Assembly: GCA_964016885.1 (NCBI GenBank)
Contig: OZ024760.1
Coordinates: forward strand, 9,362,001 to 9,426,000
Reading direction: 5' to 3'
DNA length: 64,000 bases
Origin: Eledone cirrhosa
Taxonomy: Eukaryota
Positions 13,679-26,499 of the stretch are shown in pieces (positions within the stretch are counted from its first letter, which is position 1; the number at the start of each line of letters is the position of its first letter). The notes beneath the pieces are model-generated. The model had not been told where the DNA came from. It made no database searches and saw only the letters and a list, made by a program, of their open reading frames with translations. The translations under genes and the position numbers were made by a program.

Positions 13679-13803
13679 CTTAAAACATAGAGAGATCTTG
13701 GTAAGAGGAGTAAATCAGCTGATTTCGTTTTATCTTTTTCACAAACCAATCTCAGTATCCCAGCAGATAGCAGACTTAGACCAGCTATCGTACGGCCACA
13801 AAA
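13679..13803 (-). CDS. ALKBH7: ALKBH7 exon 3
   Basis: ttccag acceptor, FCGRTIAGLSLLSAGILRLV...LLLLPRSLYVL, GT donor; 125 nt, phase 0/2. Confidence 0.92.
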
Positions 13804-13849
13804 CTGGAAATATAAACAAAAACATTCAGTAAACTAATACAAAAGGATG

Positions 13850-14780
13850 ATCTGACCATCACAGCCAGGTAACACAACTCAGGACTGACACACTGGTAGG
13901 CAGATCTGGAGATATTGAGGATACCAAAGGGAGACTTAAACGTCACTGCCAGGTAACACAACTCAGGGCTGACACCCTTCGGGGACACACTGATAAGTAG
14001 ATCTGGAGATATTGGGGATACCAAAGGGAGACCTAAACATCACTGCCAGGTAACAACTCAGGGCTGACACCCTTCGGGGACACACTGATAAGTAGATCTG
14101 GAGATATTGGGGATACCAAAGGGAGACCTAAACATCACTGCCAGGTAACAACTCAGGGCTGACACCCTTCGGGGACACACACTGTCACACCCCACCATAA
14201 CAACACTGTCACATCCCAGTTTAACAACACTGTCACACTCCACCATAATAACACACAACACTGTCACATCCCAGTTTAACAATACTGTCACATCCCACCA
14301 TAACAACACTGTCACACCCCACCATAACACCACTGTCACACCCCACCATAACAACACTGTCACACTCCACCATAACAACACTGTCACACTCCACCATAAT
14401 AACACACAACACTGTCACACTCCACCATAACAACACTGTCACACCCCACCATAACAACACTGTCACACTCCACCATAACACCACTGTCACACTCCACCAT
14501 AATAACACACACCACTGTCACATCCCAGTTTAACAACACTGTCACACCCCACCATAACACCACTGTCACACTCCACCATAATAACACACAACACTGTCAC
14601 ACTCCACCATAACAACACTGTCACACCCCACCATAACAACCCACAGCACTCAAATCTCACCATAACAACACTGTCACACCCCACCATAACAACCCACAGC
14701 ACTGTCAAATCTCACCATAACAACACTGTCACACCCCACCATAACAACCCACAACACTGTCAAATCCCACCATAACGACC
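13850..14780. repeat. ~95-bp tandem repeat followed by a ~24-bp ACACTGTCACAC minisatellite in ALKBH7 intron 2
   Basis: Direct inspection. Confidence 0.85.
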
Positions 14781-14799
14781 TCTGATATTCCATACTTAC

Positions 14800-14973
14800 T
14801 CTTACTGAGTCTACGTGAGCTTTGATATAGCCATCCTTCTTAATGTCCAGAACATGTACAAAAGGCAGTGGAGTGTCACAAGCGTCAAACGCCTTACACT
14901 GAACTCTTTTTATTATTCTTTCGTTGGAGTCATTCCATTGTTTTCTTTCAGTTTCTCGGTAACCATGAATAGC
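14800..14973 (-). CDS. ALKBH7: ALKBH7 exon 2
   Basis: tttag acceptor, AIHGYRETERKQW...VHVLDIKKDGYIKAHVDSVR (HxD metal motif), GTAAGT donor; 174 nt, phase 0/0. Confidence 0.93.
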
Positions 14974-15012
14974 CTAAAGAAAGAGTAAAATGCAAATATA
15001 TCTTTCTGTGTG

Positions 15013-15050
<38 letters not shown>

Positions 15051-15247
15051 ACGAAGGAAATGTGGTAAGGAACCAGGTGGACCATAACGCACCAAAGTAC
15101 TCAATACTTAGGGTAGTAGAGTGGGTAATAGGAACGAGTAGGACCCCGACGGCTGAGCTCAAGCCGTTTCGACGGCTAATTCTGATTTTAGTCCAGAATT
15201 AGCCGTTGAAACGGCTTGAGCTCAGCCATCGGGGTCCTACTCGTTCC

Positions 15248-15278
<31 letters not shown>

Positions 15279-15556
15279 ATACACGAAAAGAACGTGTTTT
15301 TATTACAGGGGGTATATAACCACTAGAGTGAAACACATAAAAACTCCGAAAGGTACAGAAAATACATTATAATTAAACAGATTAAACGCGAGTCCTTTAC
15401 TCCGTTGCTTCATTTGATTAAACACACACACACACACACACATATACCTATTACGTATAGGCAAGAAATTCCACCCAGTGCTGGTGCCACGATAACACAT
15501 TCACTTCACTTTGTAAAAACTGTGCCAAAAAGAATGGTTGCAGCCCCTTCACTGAC

Positions 15557-16085
15557 AACCACCTCCGTAGTGCTGGTCTCTCACACACATACATACAATA
15601 CACCCACCTCCGTAGTGCTGGTCTCTCACACACATACATACAATACAACCACCTCCGTAGTGCTGGTCTCTCACACACATACATACAATACACCCACCTC
15701 CGTAGTGCTGGTCTCACACACATACATACAATACAACCACCTCCGTAGTGCTGGTCTCTCACACACATACATACAATACAACCACCTCCGTAGTGCTGGT
15801 CTCTCACACACATACATACAATACAACCACCTCCGTAGTGCTGGTCTCTCACACACATACATACAATACACCCACCTCCGTAGTGCTGGTCTCTCACACA
15901 CATACATACAATACAACCACCTCCGTAGTGCTGGTCTCTCACACACATACATACAATACACCCACCTCCGTAGTGCTGGTCTCTCACACACATACATACA
16001 ATACACCCACCTCCGTAGTGCTGGTCTCACACACATACATACAATACACCCACCTCCGTAGTGCTGGTCTATCACACACATACAC
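15557..16085. repeat. 45-bp minisatellite
   Basis: CCACCTCCGTAGTGCTGGTCTCTCACACACATACATACAATACA repeated about 12 times. Confidence 0.92.
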
Positions 16086-16488
16086 AGAAATTCATCCAGT
16101 AAATTCTGTAAGATGGTTGGTGATAAGAAGGGCATTCATATGTAGAAATCCCGCATAAAAAAAGTGTTGAGAAGACCCTTCAGTTGTGCCAAAAGCATGA
16201 CAACCTCTCTAGTGCTGCCGACGTGATAAAATGCACGTAGCACACTCTGTAGAGTTCGGGGAGGTACGTAAGCAAGATATGACCCTGGCCCACCCGAAAG
16301 GCCAGTGCCTCTGAATAGGTACCGACTTGATTGCAGGGAAAACGGATTTTAAATGATGATGATGATATTAACATTAAGAAAAATGAAGACCCTTATTGGA
16401 TTGACCCAGAGAGGTCGTGAGGTCACAAGAGGTTAACACAGTGAGAACATTGTTGGGTAAGAGGTGAAGTAAATCATTTAGAACTTAC

Positions 16489-16815
16489 ATCATCCCAATG
16501 GTCATATTCATAGCGGAGTCTTTTAAGGTAGGGTTCTATCTCAGCTAGTAAGCTGTCGTGTTCTTCCTGTGACAAGAAGTTTTCGTGTACTTCAACATTT
16601 TTCTGTATCAATGTTTCCGTGTCAGGGTCACTGGTTGAGAGAAGACGTTGCCACCATTTATCACAGTTACTCTGTCCTATATTTACAGACACAGATCTTC
16701 TGTTACACAAAGAATCACCAGTAAAAGGAGACAACACGCTAGTGTTTACCCTACCTAGTAAGACAGGTGTAAAAGACATCAGTTTTGAAGTAGCAAAGCT
16801 AAGATAACAAGCCAT
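16489..16815 (-). CDS. ALKBH7: AlkB homolog 7 (mitochondrial Fe/2OG dioxygenase), exon 1 of 4
   Basis: ATG at 16815 (MACYLSF...), ends ...EIEPYLKRLRYEYDHWDD then GTAAGT donor at 16488; RYEYDHWD is characteristic of ALKBH7. Confidence 0.92.
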
Positions 16816-17268
16816 GGTAGAGAGCAGTAAAATCACGAAATGAAGATTTAGATAATTATTCCATTTATTATTTTATGTTTTTGGTTTTGAAGATTACTAC
16901 AAATATTCAAGAACAAGTTTTGTTATAAAACTTTCCTATTCTTCCCTTTGTAAATAATTCCATTTGATTTAATTGATTCCATTCACAATTAGCGAGAAAA
17001 GTTTACTCTTTAAGGACGAAACGGTGAAATAGAAACTTGTGCAGGAAGAAATATTTTCCGATATGTAAACATTATTTTTGGTTATAATTTAGTAAAGGTA
17101 TCAATTCTTTTGGTTCAAAACATATATTTCAATTTAATATTTTGTTATTGTTAATAATTGACGAAATAAATAAAGGAAAATATATCAAGATTATTAAAAA
17201 ACCTATTTATAAAAACAGCCTTATTTCAGTGGAGGAAGCTATTTATTTTATCACCGGTATTTAGTAAT
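16816..17268. promoter_or_regulatory. Putative bidirectional promoter / 5' UTR region between ALKBH7 and the TauD-like gene
   Basis: Two start codons diverge only 453 bp apart across unique, repeat-free AT-rich sequence. Confidence 0.6.
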
Positions 17269-17671
17269 ATGTCTACTGCTAATAAAATGGCGAAAAGTTT
17301 ATATAGCTTACATCGTCGAATGATTGGAGCTGAAGTAATTGGGGTGAAACTAACAGAAAACGTCTCAGATGAAGTTATTCAACAAATCAAGAAAGATATT
17401 CATATTCATAAGTTACTGTTGTTTCGTAATCAAGGCGTTATCAATGGAGATCGACATGTAGAGATTAGTCGCTGGTTTGGTGAACTGGAATCGACCTTCT
17501 ACAGACACCCGAAGGCTCCCAATTTAGATGTATTCAGGGTGTCAAATGACGAAAGACAAGGATGCAGGAATGTTGGCAGGACAGGATGGCACATTGACGG
17601 AAGTTTTATGTTGCAGCCATTCACATTTTCGCTTTATTACATTGCTTCTGCACCGATGAGTGGAGGAACCG
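17269..17671 (+). CDS. TauD/TfdA-family alpha-ketoglutarate-dependent dioxygenase, exon 1 of 4
   Basis: IGAEVIGVKL, HKLLLFRNQ, FGELE and GWHIDGSF (HxD) are TauD-fold motifs; G|GTAACT donor; 403 nt. Confidence 0.88.
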
Positions 17672-18836
17672 GTAACTATCTTTAACTATTTGACAATTTT
17701 AAAGATCTTTCTTGTTAAGTAGAGATGGCGTACTGCTAAACATCGATGTTTTTTGTACGTATTCAAGACTGGTCAGGCCTGATTGCACAGAACTAATAGT
17801 ATTTCTCCATGATAAATTAACAGACTTTTAAACTCTCCTCATCCGACGGGGAGATCTCTCACCCACTTCTCTTGTCAAAATGGGAATTATGTAAAATCTC
17901 CCCATTTTGCCTCAGGTCTCTCCGTTCTGGGGCACCTTTTTTCATGGTACTCTCTATTTGGGTTTCTAGAGGTTGGCAGGTCTGAATTAATATAATATAA
18001 ACAAGCTAATATAATCGAAACTAGGGCCAGAGTTAGGGGTTAAGACCATGTTTAGGGTTAATTCAATCAGTTGACTGTACTTATTTGACTTCAGATTGAC
18101 AGCCATACAATCTGAAGACATATATTAACCCTAATTTGTAATAATTTTTTTGGATTAACAGTAACTCAAACACTAACCATAAGCCAAAACCTAATTACTC
18201 AGTCCATGTGAATGAAGATTGTGATGTTGCAGGGAAAACGATTTTCCCTAAATTACATTGTTAGAAAGTTATAAATGAACAGCTTCTAATTAAATATTTT
18301 TTTAAAATTTTGGGTGCATGATTTACACTGAAATCCTGTGATTTAACACTAACCGTTGGTACCTCTAACCGAGTCCAGGCCCCGAGAAACCTTTAACAGA
18401 GTTCAGTCCCTTAGATATCTTTAACAGGGTCAACTCTGTTTCAGGCATTCAGGTTAGATCTCTGGTCAAAGGGTAACTTCCTCTTTCTCTCTCACCAGTC
18501 TTGAAGGTTCTAAAAAGGGTTATGACCAAGGCCCTTCCTCCTTCAGCTAAGCCCTAAAATAAAATGGGTCATGATCATGGCACTCCCTCCACCAACTAAG
18601 CCCTAAAATAAAAGGGCACCCCTAACTAATATCCCCCCCCCCCCAAAAAAAAAAGAGTTAAGACTATGGACCTCCCTCCCCCAACTAAACCCCAAAATAG
18701 AATGGGTTATACCTATGGCCTTTCTACCACCAACTAAGCCCTAAAATAAAAAGGGTTTTGACCAAGGCCCTTCCACCACTAACTAAACCCTAAAACAGGG
18801 ACCACATACATTGACAGCTTTACATTTTTATTACAG

Positions 18837-18976
18837 CCTTTATTTCATTGTTTCACATCATCGAAAGTTTGTCAAAGGAGAAACGAGAATTGTGGGAGAA
18901 GTTATGGATGGTGAGTGATCGTAGGTCGAAGATAATCCACCCCCTGATATACCGTCACCCAGCAACCAACACACCT
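18837..18976 (+). CDS. TauD-like dioxygenase exon 2
   Basis: ttacag acceptor, (A)FISLFHIIESLSKEKRELWEKLWMV...IIHPLIYRHPATNTP (HPLVxxHP motif), GTAAGT donor; phase 1/0. Confidence 0.88.
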
Positions 18977-18994
18977 GTAAGTATAACCTTCGCA

Positions 18995-19272
18995 TTTACC
19001 TACACCTAGCATCCAACACACCTGATAAACCCTCACCTAGCATCCAACACACCTGATATACCCTCACCCAGCAGCGAACACATCTGATATATCCTCACCT
19101 AGCAGCCAACACACCTGATATATCCTCACCTGATATACCCTCACCCAGCATCCAACACATCTGATATATCCTCACCCAGCAGCCAACACACCTGATATAC
19201 CCTTACCCAGCATCCAACACACCTGATATACCCTCACCTAGCATCCAACACACCTGATATACCCTCACCCAA
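18995..19272. repeat. 31-bp minisatellite homologous to the end of TauD exon 2
   Basis: Unit CCTGATATACCCTCACCCAGCATCCAACACA versus exon CCTGATATACCGTCACCCAGCAACCAACACA. Confidence 0.85.
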
Positions 19273-19390
19273 CAATCAAGACTACCACTTAACTGAGTAG
19301 ACTGGGTGTATTTTATTGTGGTAGCAGTATTACTACTTTACAGAGTGTACTGGGTGTATTTTATTGTGGTGGCAGTATTACTACTTTACA

Positions 19391-19570
19391 GCAGTGGAAA
19401 CTTCTGGTGTCCTCGGCCCCAGGGCTACCTCCCTACTCACCACCATAGGCGCTGAGCTGGCCAGCCGCAGGTGTGAGCCCCGCGAGTTGGAGTGGCTTTT
19501 CCAGCACGTCTCCCTTGCCGTCTTCCGGGGAAACGCCTTCTCCATTCTGTCCGCCGGGGCTGTGTGTGGG
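19391..19570 (+). mobile_element. Fragment of an RLE-type (CRE-like) non-LTR retrotransposon C-terminus
   Basis: GC-rich island encoding AVETSGVLGP...LFQHVSLAVFRGNAFSIL (ETxGxxG...LSxAxxRGNA motif). Confidence 0.7.
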
Positions 19571-20067
19571 CCCCATCACGTATTAATACATTAGTTAAAT
19601 ACCATTCTTTCATCTGATATAACACAATAAAGACAGTATGACAGAGTGTACTGGGTTTTTTTTTTTTATTGTGACACCAGCGCATTCTTTTGACGACTAC
19701 ATCTTTACTGAAATTATATCTGAGGATCAACGGTTATTATGACGTCATATTGAACGCTATCGATTATTTCCAAATTAATAAGATAGACTACGAGAAAAAA
19801 ACAAACAACATACGAAGGGAGGTAACTTTCATTAATAATTTAGAAAATTACTTATTAGTATAACCACGTGTTTGGCGATAATTGCTGGCCTTGTGCCTAA
19901 AGTAGAAACAATTATTACGGGGTCAGTAAAATAAAGTACCAGTAATGAACTGAGGTAAGTGGAAACATTTATTACAGATACGAATAATTATTATTTAATT
20001 TATACATAAATATATACATACACACACATAGATACACATATATATTCATATACATACATATACACAT

Positions 20068-21405
20068 TCACAACCCTGAGCACCTTTTTGAATTCCATGT
20101 GTTTAACACACGTAGGCATGCCCACAAAGTCAGAAAACAGCACAGCTCCCATGACTTTCTGAAACATTTTTTCCCGCTCAGAGTTGCTGAAGCATGGAAC
20201 AAACTACCTGCATCAGTTGTTAGCTGTCGAGACACTGCATCCTTTAAAACCTCCATGGAACAAACTACCTCCATCGGTTGTTAGCTGTTGAGACACTGCA
20301 TCCTTTAAAACCTCCATGGAACAAACTACCTGCATCAGTTGTTAGCTGTCGAGACACTGCATCCTTTAAAACCTCCATGGAACAAACTACCTCCATCGGT
20401 TGTTAGCTGTTGAGACACTGCATCCTTTAAAACCTCCATGGAACAAACTACCTGCATCAGTTGTTAGCTGTCGAGACACTGCATCCTTTAAAACCTCCAT
20501 GGAACAAACTACCTCCATCGGTTGTTAGCTGTTGAGACACTGCATCCTTTAAAACCTCCATGGAACAAACTACCTGCATCGGTTGTTAGCTGTCGAGACA
20601 CTGCATCCTTTAAGGCCTCCATGGAACAAACTACCTGCATCGGTTGTTAGCTGTCGAGACACTGCATCCTTTAAGGCCTCCATGGAACAAACTACCTGCA
20701 TCGGTTGTTAGCTGTCGAGACACTGCATCCTTTAAGGCCTCCATGGAACAAACTACCTGCATCAGTTGTTAGCTGTCGAGACACTGCATCCTTTAAGGCC
20801 TCCATGGAACAAACTACCTGCATCAGTTGTTAGCTGTCGAGACACTGCATCCTTTAAAACCTCCATGGAACAAACTACCTGCATCAGTTATTAACTGTGG
20901 AGACACTGCATCTTTTAAGGCCTCCATGGAACAAACTACCTGCATCAGTTGTTAGCTGTCGAGACACTGCATCCTTTAAGGCCTCCATGGAACAAACTAC
21001 CTGCATCAGTTGTTAGCTGTCGAGACACTGCATCCTTTAAAACCTCCATGGAACAAACTACCTGCATCAGTTGTTAGCTGTCGAGACACTGCATCCTTTA
21101 AGGCCTCCATGGAACAAACTACCTGCATCAGTTGTTAGCTGTCGAGACACTGCATCCTTTAAGGCCTCCATGGAACAAACTACCTGCATCAGTTGTTAGC
21201 TGTCGAGACACTGCATCCTTTAAGGCCTCCATGCTTCCTGAGATCCACCAACACTAAACCTAATGTTCCCCCTCCATACACATACACACATGTATATCAT
21301 GACTCATACACTATTCACTTCCCTGACATTTGTGTATTATTCTATGTACTATACATACACCTTTGACGAGTTGTAGTGCACCTGAGCACTGTACACAATA
21401 ATTTC

Positions 21406-21424
<19 letters not shown>
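20068..21424 (+). mobile_element. CR1-type LINE 3' end with an internal 61-bp tandem expansion (~17 copies, 20193-21235)
   Basis: TRRHAHK...HFFPLRVAEAWNKLPASVV...SFK; (ATT)n tail; related 3' ends at ~10950-11220, 23760-24140, 38985-39190 and 58580-58870. Confidence 0.8.
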
Positions 21425-21437
<13 letters not shown>

Positions 21438-21439
21438 AC

Positions 21440-21633
21440 AAGGCGGTGGATTGGCAGTATTGGTAGAGTGTCGGATGCCATGCTTTGGCGCATAGAGTTA
21501 CGGCCCTTGCCATTCTGAGTTCAAATCCCGCCGAGGTTAACTTTGCCTTTCATCCTTCCGGGGTCGATAAAATAAAGTACCAGTAATACACTGGTGAATT
21601 GCTGGCCTTGTGCCAAAAGTAGAAACAATTATT
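21440..21633 (+). mobile_element. tRNA-derived SINE (other copies ~4645-4808, 22425-22545, 31965-32110, 62358-62545, 63795-64000)
   Basis: A-box TGGCAGTATTGG, B-box GAGTTCAAATCC, central GCCTTTCATCCTTCCGGGGTCGATAAAATAAAGTACCAG, (ATT)n tail; multiple dispersed copies. Confidence 0.85.
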
Positions 21634-22065
21634 ATATATATATATATATACATACACAGACAAATATCAACACACACATATACACATATATAAGGGCCTT
21701 GTTTCAGGGGGGTACCAGGGGACAAGTCCCCGCCACTTTTTCAAACGTCTATATTTTATTTTTTTGTTTATTTGAAATAATAAATTCTTTTTAAGCTTAT
21801 TTTTTTATATCTGAACTTCATTTGAATATATAAAATTTAATTAGCTTAAAATTTTGCTTATGTGATAGGGTCCAGGAAAGGCACCATAAGCTATTTATGC
21901 TCCTTTAAGGATCAACAAATGTTGGTTTGTTCCCCTCACATTTTTAAGACAAACGAGGCCACTGCACATACATATATCTACACGCACACACACATATATA
22001 TATATATATATATACACATATATATAAATACATACATATATATATATATATACACACATATATAA

Positions 22066-22134
<69 letters not shown>

Positions 22135-22139
22135 TATAA

Positions 22140-22180
<41 letters not shown>

Positions 22181-22275
22181 TATAAATACATATATATATA
22201 TATAGCTACCGTCACATATTTGGTAAGTCAGACGTGATCATCACGATTCACATACGTCCTACCATACATCTTACT

Positions 22276-22307
<32 letters not shown>

Positions 22308-22312
22308 TATAA

Positions 22313-22371
<59 letters not shown>

Positions 22372-22386
22372 TATATACACATATAT

Positions 22387-22417
<31 letters not shown>

Positions 22418-22583
22418 ATATATTAGTTGTTTCTACTTTTGGCACAAGGCCAGCAATTACCCAGTGCATTACTGGTACTTTATTTTATCGACCCCGTAAG
22501 GATGAAAGGCAAAGTGAACCTCGGCGGGATTTGAACTCAGATCGTTATTAATAAATGGAAACTATATTTATAAAACCATAATT

Positions 22584-22648
22584 ATTTTATTATACATATT
22601 TCAAGGGCAACCAAGGCAAATTATGGTGCGCTTTCATCAGATAAAATA
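22584..22648 (-). ncRNA. Type I hammerhead ribozyme, third family, in TauD intron 2
   Basis: AUUUUAU-CUGAUGA-AAGCGCA...UGCCCUU-GAAA-UAUGUA-UA/AUAAAAU; downstream flank TATGGTTTTATAAATATAGTTTCCA is shared with 61776-61800. Confidence 0.68.
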
Positions 22649-24286
22649 CAGATTTGTTTTATAAATAAATATTGACATACCCGGAAAAAAAAGACAACTT
22701 TAACGGTTGGAGCTTCCTGGATAGTTATAAGTTATATCAGTTATAAACATTTTTAAGCTTGTTGAATCCCAACAAATTAAATATAACCTCTGCATATATA
22801 TATATCATCATCATCATCATCATCGTTTAACATCCATCTTCCACGCTTGCATGGGTTTATATATATATATATATAAATTCCGACCTCACACACTTACATC
22901 TCTCCAAGACAATGTCACTGGACCGAGATCTTTGGCGGTACTCAGTAATACAAAAGACCCGCCTTACCTAAATACAAAGTAAAACCTACTACAGTCAGTA
23001 GGCACCTCTAACAAAATACACCCCCCACCCCATCCACACCGCCCCTTTCAATGTAAAGTTATGTTGGTACCACAACATCCAGGCCGAAACAAATGAGATC
23101 GTGTAGGTGTCACGACAAAAAAACACACAGTCCACGCTGTAATGTGGCCGTGTAGGTAACACGGTAAAAACCTCCCAGTCCACACTGTAAATGTGGTTGG
23201 TGTTAGGAAGGGCATCCAGCCGTTGAAAACCCGCCAGACAGTCCTATGCGAGCAAGACAACCACTCTTGCCTCAAGTGGGAAAACTCCCATCCAAACCCT
23301 GCAAGCGTGGAACATGGACGTTAAACGATGATGATGATGATGATATATATATATGTTGTTATACTTTGGGAGGGTCATGCTGCCAATAAAAACACAGGCA
23401 CCTGTTGGTTTTCACTTCAATTTAATATAAATTTCCGGTTGGTTGGTTCAATAACTGGAGCGTTGTTTATAGAGTGTCAAAGCTCTTTCATCACAGATTC
23501 TGTGTCTCTCTTTTGTTATGTCCTACACCATCTTGTACACAAAAAAGAGATTGGGTAAGAGGAATAGGGCCAGTGGTGAATGTTGGGAAGAAAAATAGAA
23601 TAAGATGGTTGGGTCATGTGTTGAGGAAGGATGAAAGTGACTGGGTGAAGGGAGTGATGGAAATGAATGTGGAAGGAGGTAGAGGAAGGGGAAAACCAGG
23701 AAAGTTATGGAAGAAAAGAAAGGAGAAAATCTTTGTCAGGGATGTAGATAATAATAATAAGAATGAACATTATTGTGTACAGTGCTCAGGTGCACTACAA
23801 CTCATCAAAGGGGCATGTATAGTACATAGAATAATGTACAAATGTCAGGAAAGTGAACAGTGTATGAGTCATGATATACACACAGACACTACACACACAT
23901 CCACACATGTGTATGGAGGGGGAATATCAGGTGTAGTGTTGGCAGATTTCAGGAAGTGTGGAAGTTTTGAAGGATACAGTGTCCCGACAGCTGACAACTG
24001 ATGCAGGGGGTTTGTTCCATGTTTCAACAACTCCAAAAGTAATGGGAGCTGATTTTGTAAACATGTCTATGGGTGTTAGACATATGGAATTCAAAAAGGT
24101 GTTCAGGGTTGTTGTTGGAAAGATGAATAATAATCTTGTGATGCTATGAACAAACGGAGAAGATTGTCATGAGGCCTGTAAAGATAAGACCCCACCCTTG
24201 TTGTAGCTGGGAAGATGGCCTTAAAATGATTGTTGTTATTGTTGTATTCTGTGAATTGAAAGGTAAATCATTTAATTTTCTGACAG

Positions 24287-24442
24287 ACTCTCTGCTTCCA
24301 CCTGGGAATGACTGAAGGGTTTTGTTGGAATTATCAACAAGACAATGAAAAGTGGACTTCATGGGATGAAACACAGCAGATCCTGGAGGACATTCATACA
24401 GAAATCGTGAAAGATAATCGACGTTTAATATATGTCCATGAG
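24287..24442 (+). CDS. TauD-like dioxygenase exon 3
   Basis: tgacag acceptor, TLCFHLGMTEGF...LIYVHE, GTGAGT donor; 156 nt, phase 0/0. Confidence 0.85.
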
Positions 24443-25223
24443 GTGAGTTGTCATCTTGTTAGTTGAATTACCTCTGTATTGTATTTTATTTACTTTATTC
24501 TTAACTCTGAAGTGGAGATTCATTCGGTTTCCTAGTTAGAATTTTAGTCTACGACTTCTGCTATACCATTTACGTGGTTTTGTCTTTGCGTGCAATTGTT
24601 CTCCACGCTCCACATATGACGTATTATCTTCGTTTTTTTCCGTTCATTGCCAGAGAACGTCTCTATGAACCACCTAAGAGAATATTAGTCTACAACTTCT
24701 TTTATACCATAAACGTGCTCTTTGCGCGTAATAGTTTTTCACCGCTCCACATAATGACGTATTATATTCGTTTTTTCCCGTTCTTTGCGAGGGAACGTTT
24801 CCACGAACCAAAGTATCGTCTTCCTGTCTTCCTCCGGTTGCAACGTTTTTTGAAATATCCACTTCTGCGTTTACAGATTGACTTTGTTAATTTCAGAAGA
24901 TCCCGTTAAGGGTGAAAGCAGCGATTCTTTGCTTAAACTTTAATCTGTTATTTTAATAAATATATATATATATATATAAATAAATATATATATATATATA
25001 TCATCATCATGATCGTTTAACATCCACTTTCCATGCTAGCATGTGTTAGACGTGTTGTCCCATTTGAGGCATGTTGGGTCAGGTGACCATGTCTTGCTCA
25101 TACAGAACTGTTTCTGGCTAGATTTTTAGAGCTGGGTGCCCTTCCTAACGCCAAGGACACTTACAGTAGGGGCTGGGTGCTTTTTGTTGTGACACCTACA
25201 CTACCACTTTACAGTGTGGGCTC

Positions 25224-25269
<46 letters not shown>

Positions 25270-26352
25270 GTGAGTAACTGTGACTGCCAATGTGTATATT
25301 TATATACTAATTGTATATAAATATACACATTTTAAAATATATAGACGGTTACAAACACTGTATATATAGAGATATAACTTTAGTGTACTCTTTGATTGCT
25401 TGACACACTTCTTAATATATATATCATCATCATCATTTCATCATTTCATTTTACATCCACTTTTCCCTGCTTGCAAGGGTGGGACGGGAACAGATTCTGG
25501 CTTCATTTCTACAGCTGGATGCCCTTCCTAACACCAACCTCATTTACAGTGAGTGCTGGGTGCTTTTTTACCGTGGCACCTCCACGACCACTTTACAGTG
25601 GAATGGTAGGGACCCCAGTCCCTATCATCTCATTTCTACAGCTGAGTAAACTGGAGCAATGTGAAATAAAGTGTCTTGCTCAAGGAAACAACACATCACA
25701 CGGTCTGAGAATTGAACTCACAACCTTTCGATTGCAAGGCCAATGCTCTAACCACTAAGCCATGTGCCTCCATGTGCCATATATATATATGTATTTGAAT
25801 TTCGTATTTCTAAAGAAATGTGGTATGTTTATAAATAAACATTTAGAAAGCCATAGCTATGAATAACACTGGCAACCAAGCAGTGTTTGGCAGAAGCAAG
25901 GGGGACAATCGTCAATGCATTTCAAACTCAATTTGTTCTTGTCAGGATGATCTCCCCTGATCTTGCATCTGCTGGATTTGAAAACTGGCGAAAATATATA
26001 CTTTTTTCGTATGTGTAAATGAGGGGATTAATCTCATTTGCATATGAAGCTGTATAAGTTGCCGTAACTTTAAATAGAATAGAATTAGAATTAAGCTGTG
26101 GAAGAAGAAAACTGAGGAAAACCTGGGCAGAAGTGTTGAGAGCTGACTTCATATTGCAGTACTACTTCTTTACAGAGTGTACCAGGTGTATTTTATCATA
26201 ACACCAGTACTACCTCTTTACAGAGTGTACTGGATGTATTTTGTCATAGCACCAGTACTAACATATTACAGAGTGTACTGGGTGTATCTTATCACACTAA
26301 TCTCACCAGTACTAACACACTAATCTCTTGTATGTATATTTTATATTTACAG

Positions 26353-26499
26353 TGGCAGAATGGCGATTTTATCATATCGGACAACTTAGCTGTGGGCCAC
26401 GAAGCCACTCCAGAAACCCAGTTTCCAGTCTCCGAAGTTGGTTTAAGGATCCTTCACAGAACTACCATAAAAGGAGTGAATACTCCAAAAAAAGCCTAA
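26353..26499 (+). CDS. TauD-like dioxygenase exon 4 (terminal)
   Basis: ttacag acceptor, WQNGDFIISDNLAVGHEA...RILHRTTIKG...TAA (WxxGDxxxxDN..H and RxLxRxT motifs); spliced total 846 nt = 281 aa. Confidence 0.88.
   Translation, partial: WQNGDFIISDNLAVGHEATPETQFPVSEVGLRILHRTTIKGVNTPKKA

Noticed and set aside
16816-16836. ORF-track start for ALKBH7 at 16836
   Set aside because: It is a GTG codon; the first ATG is at 16815
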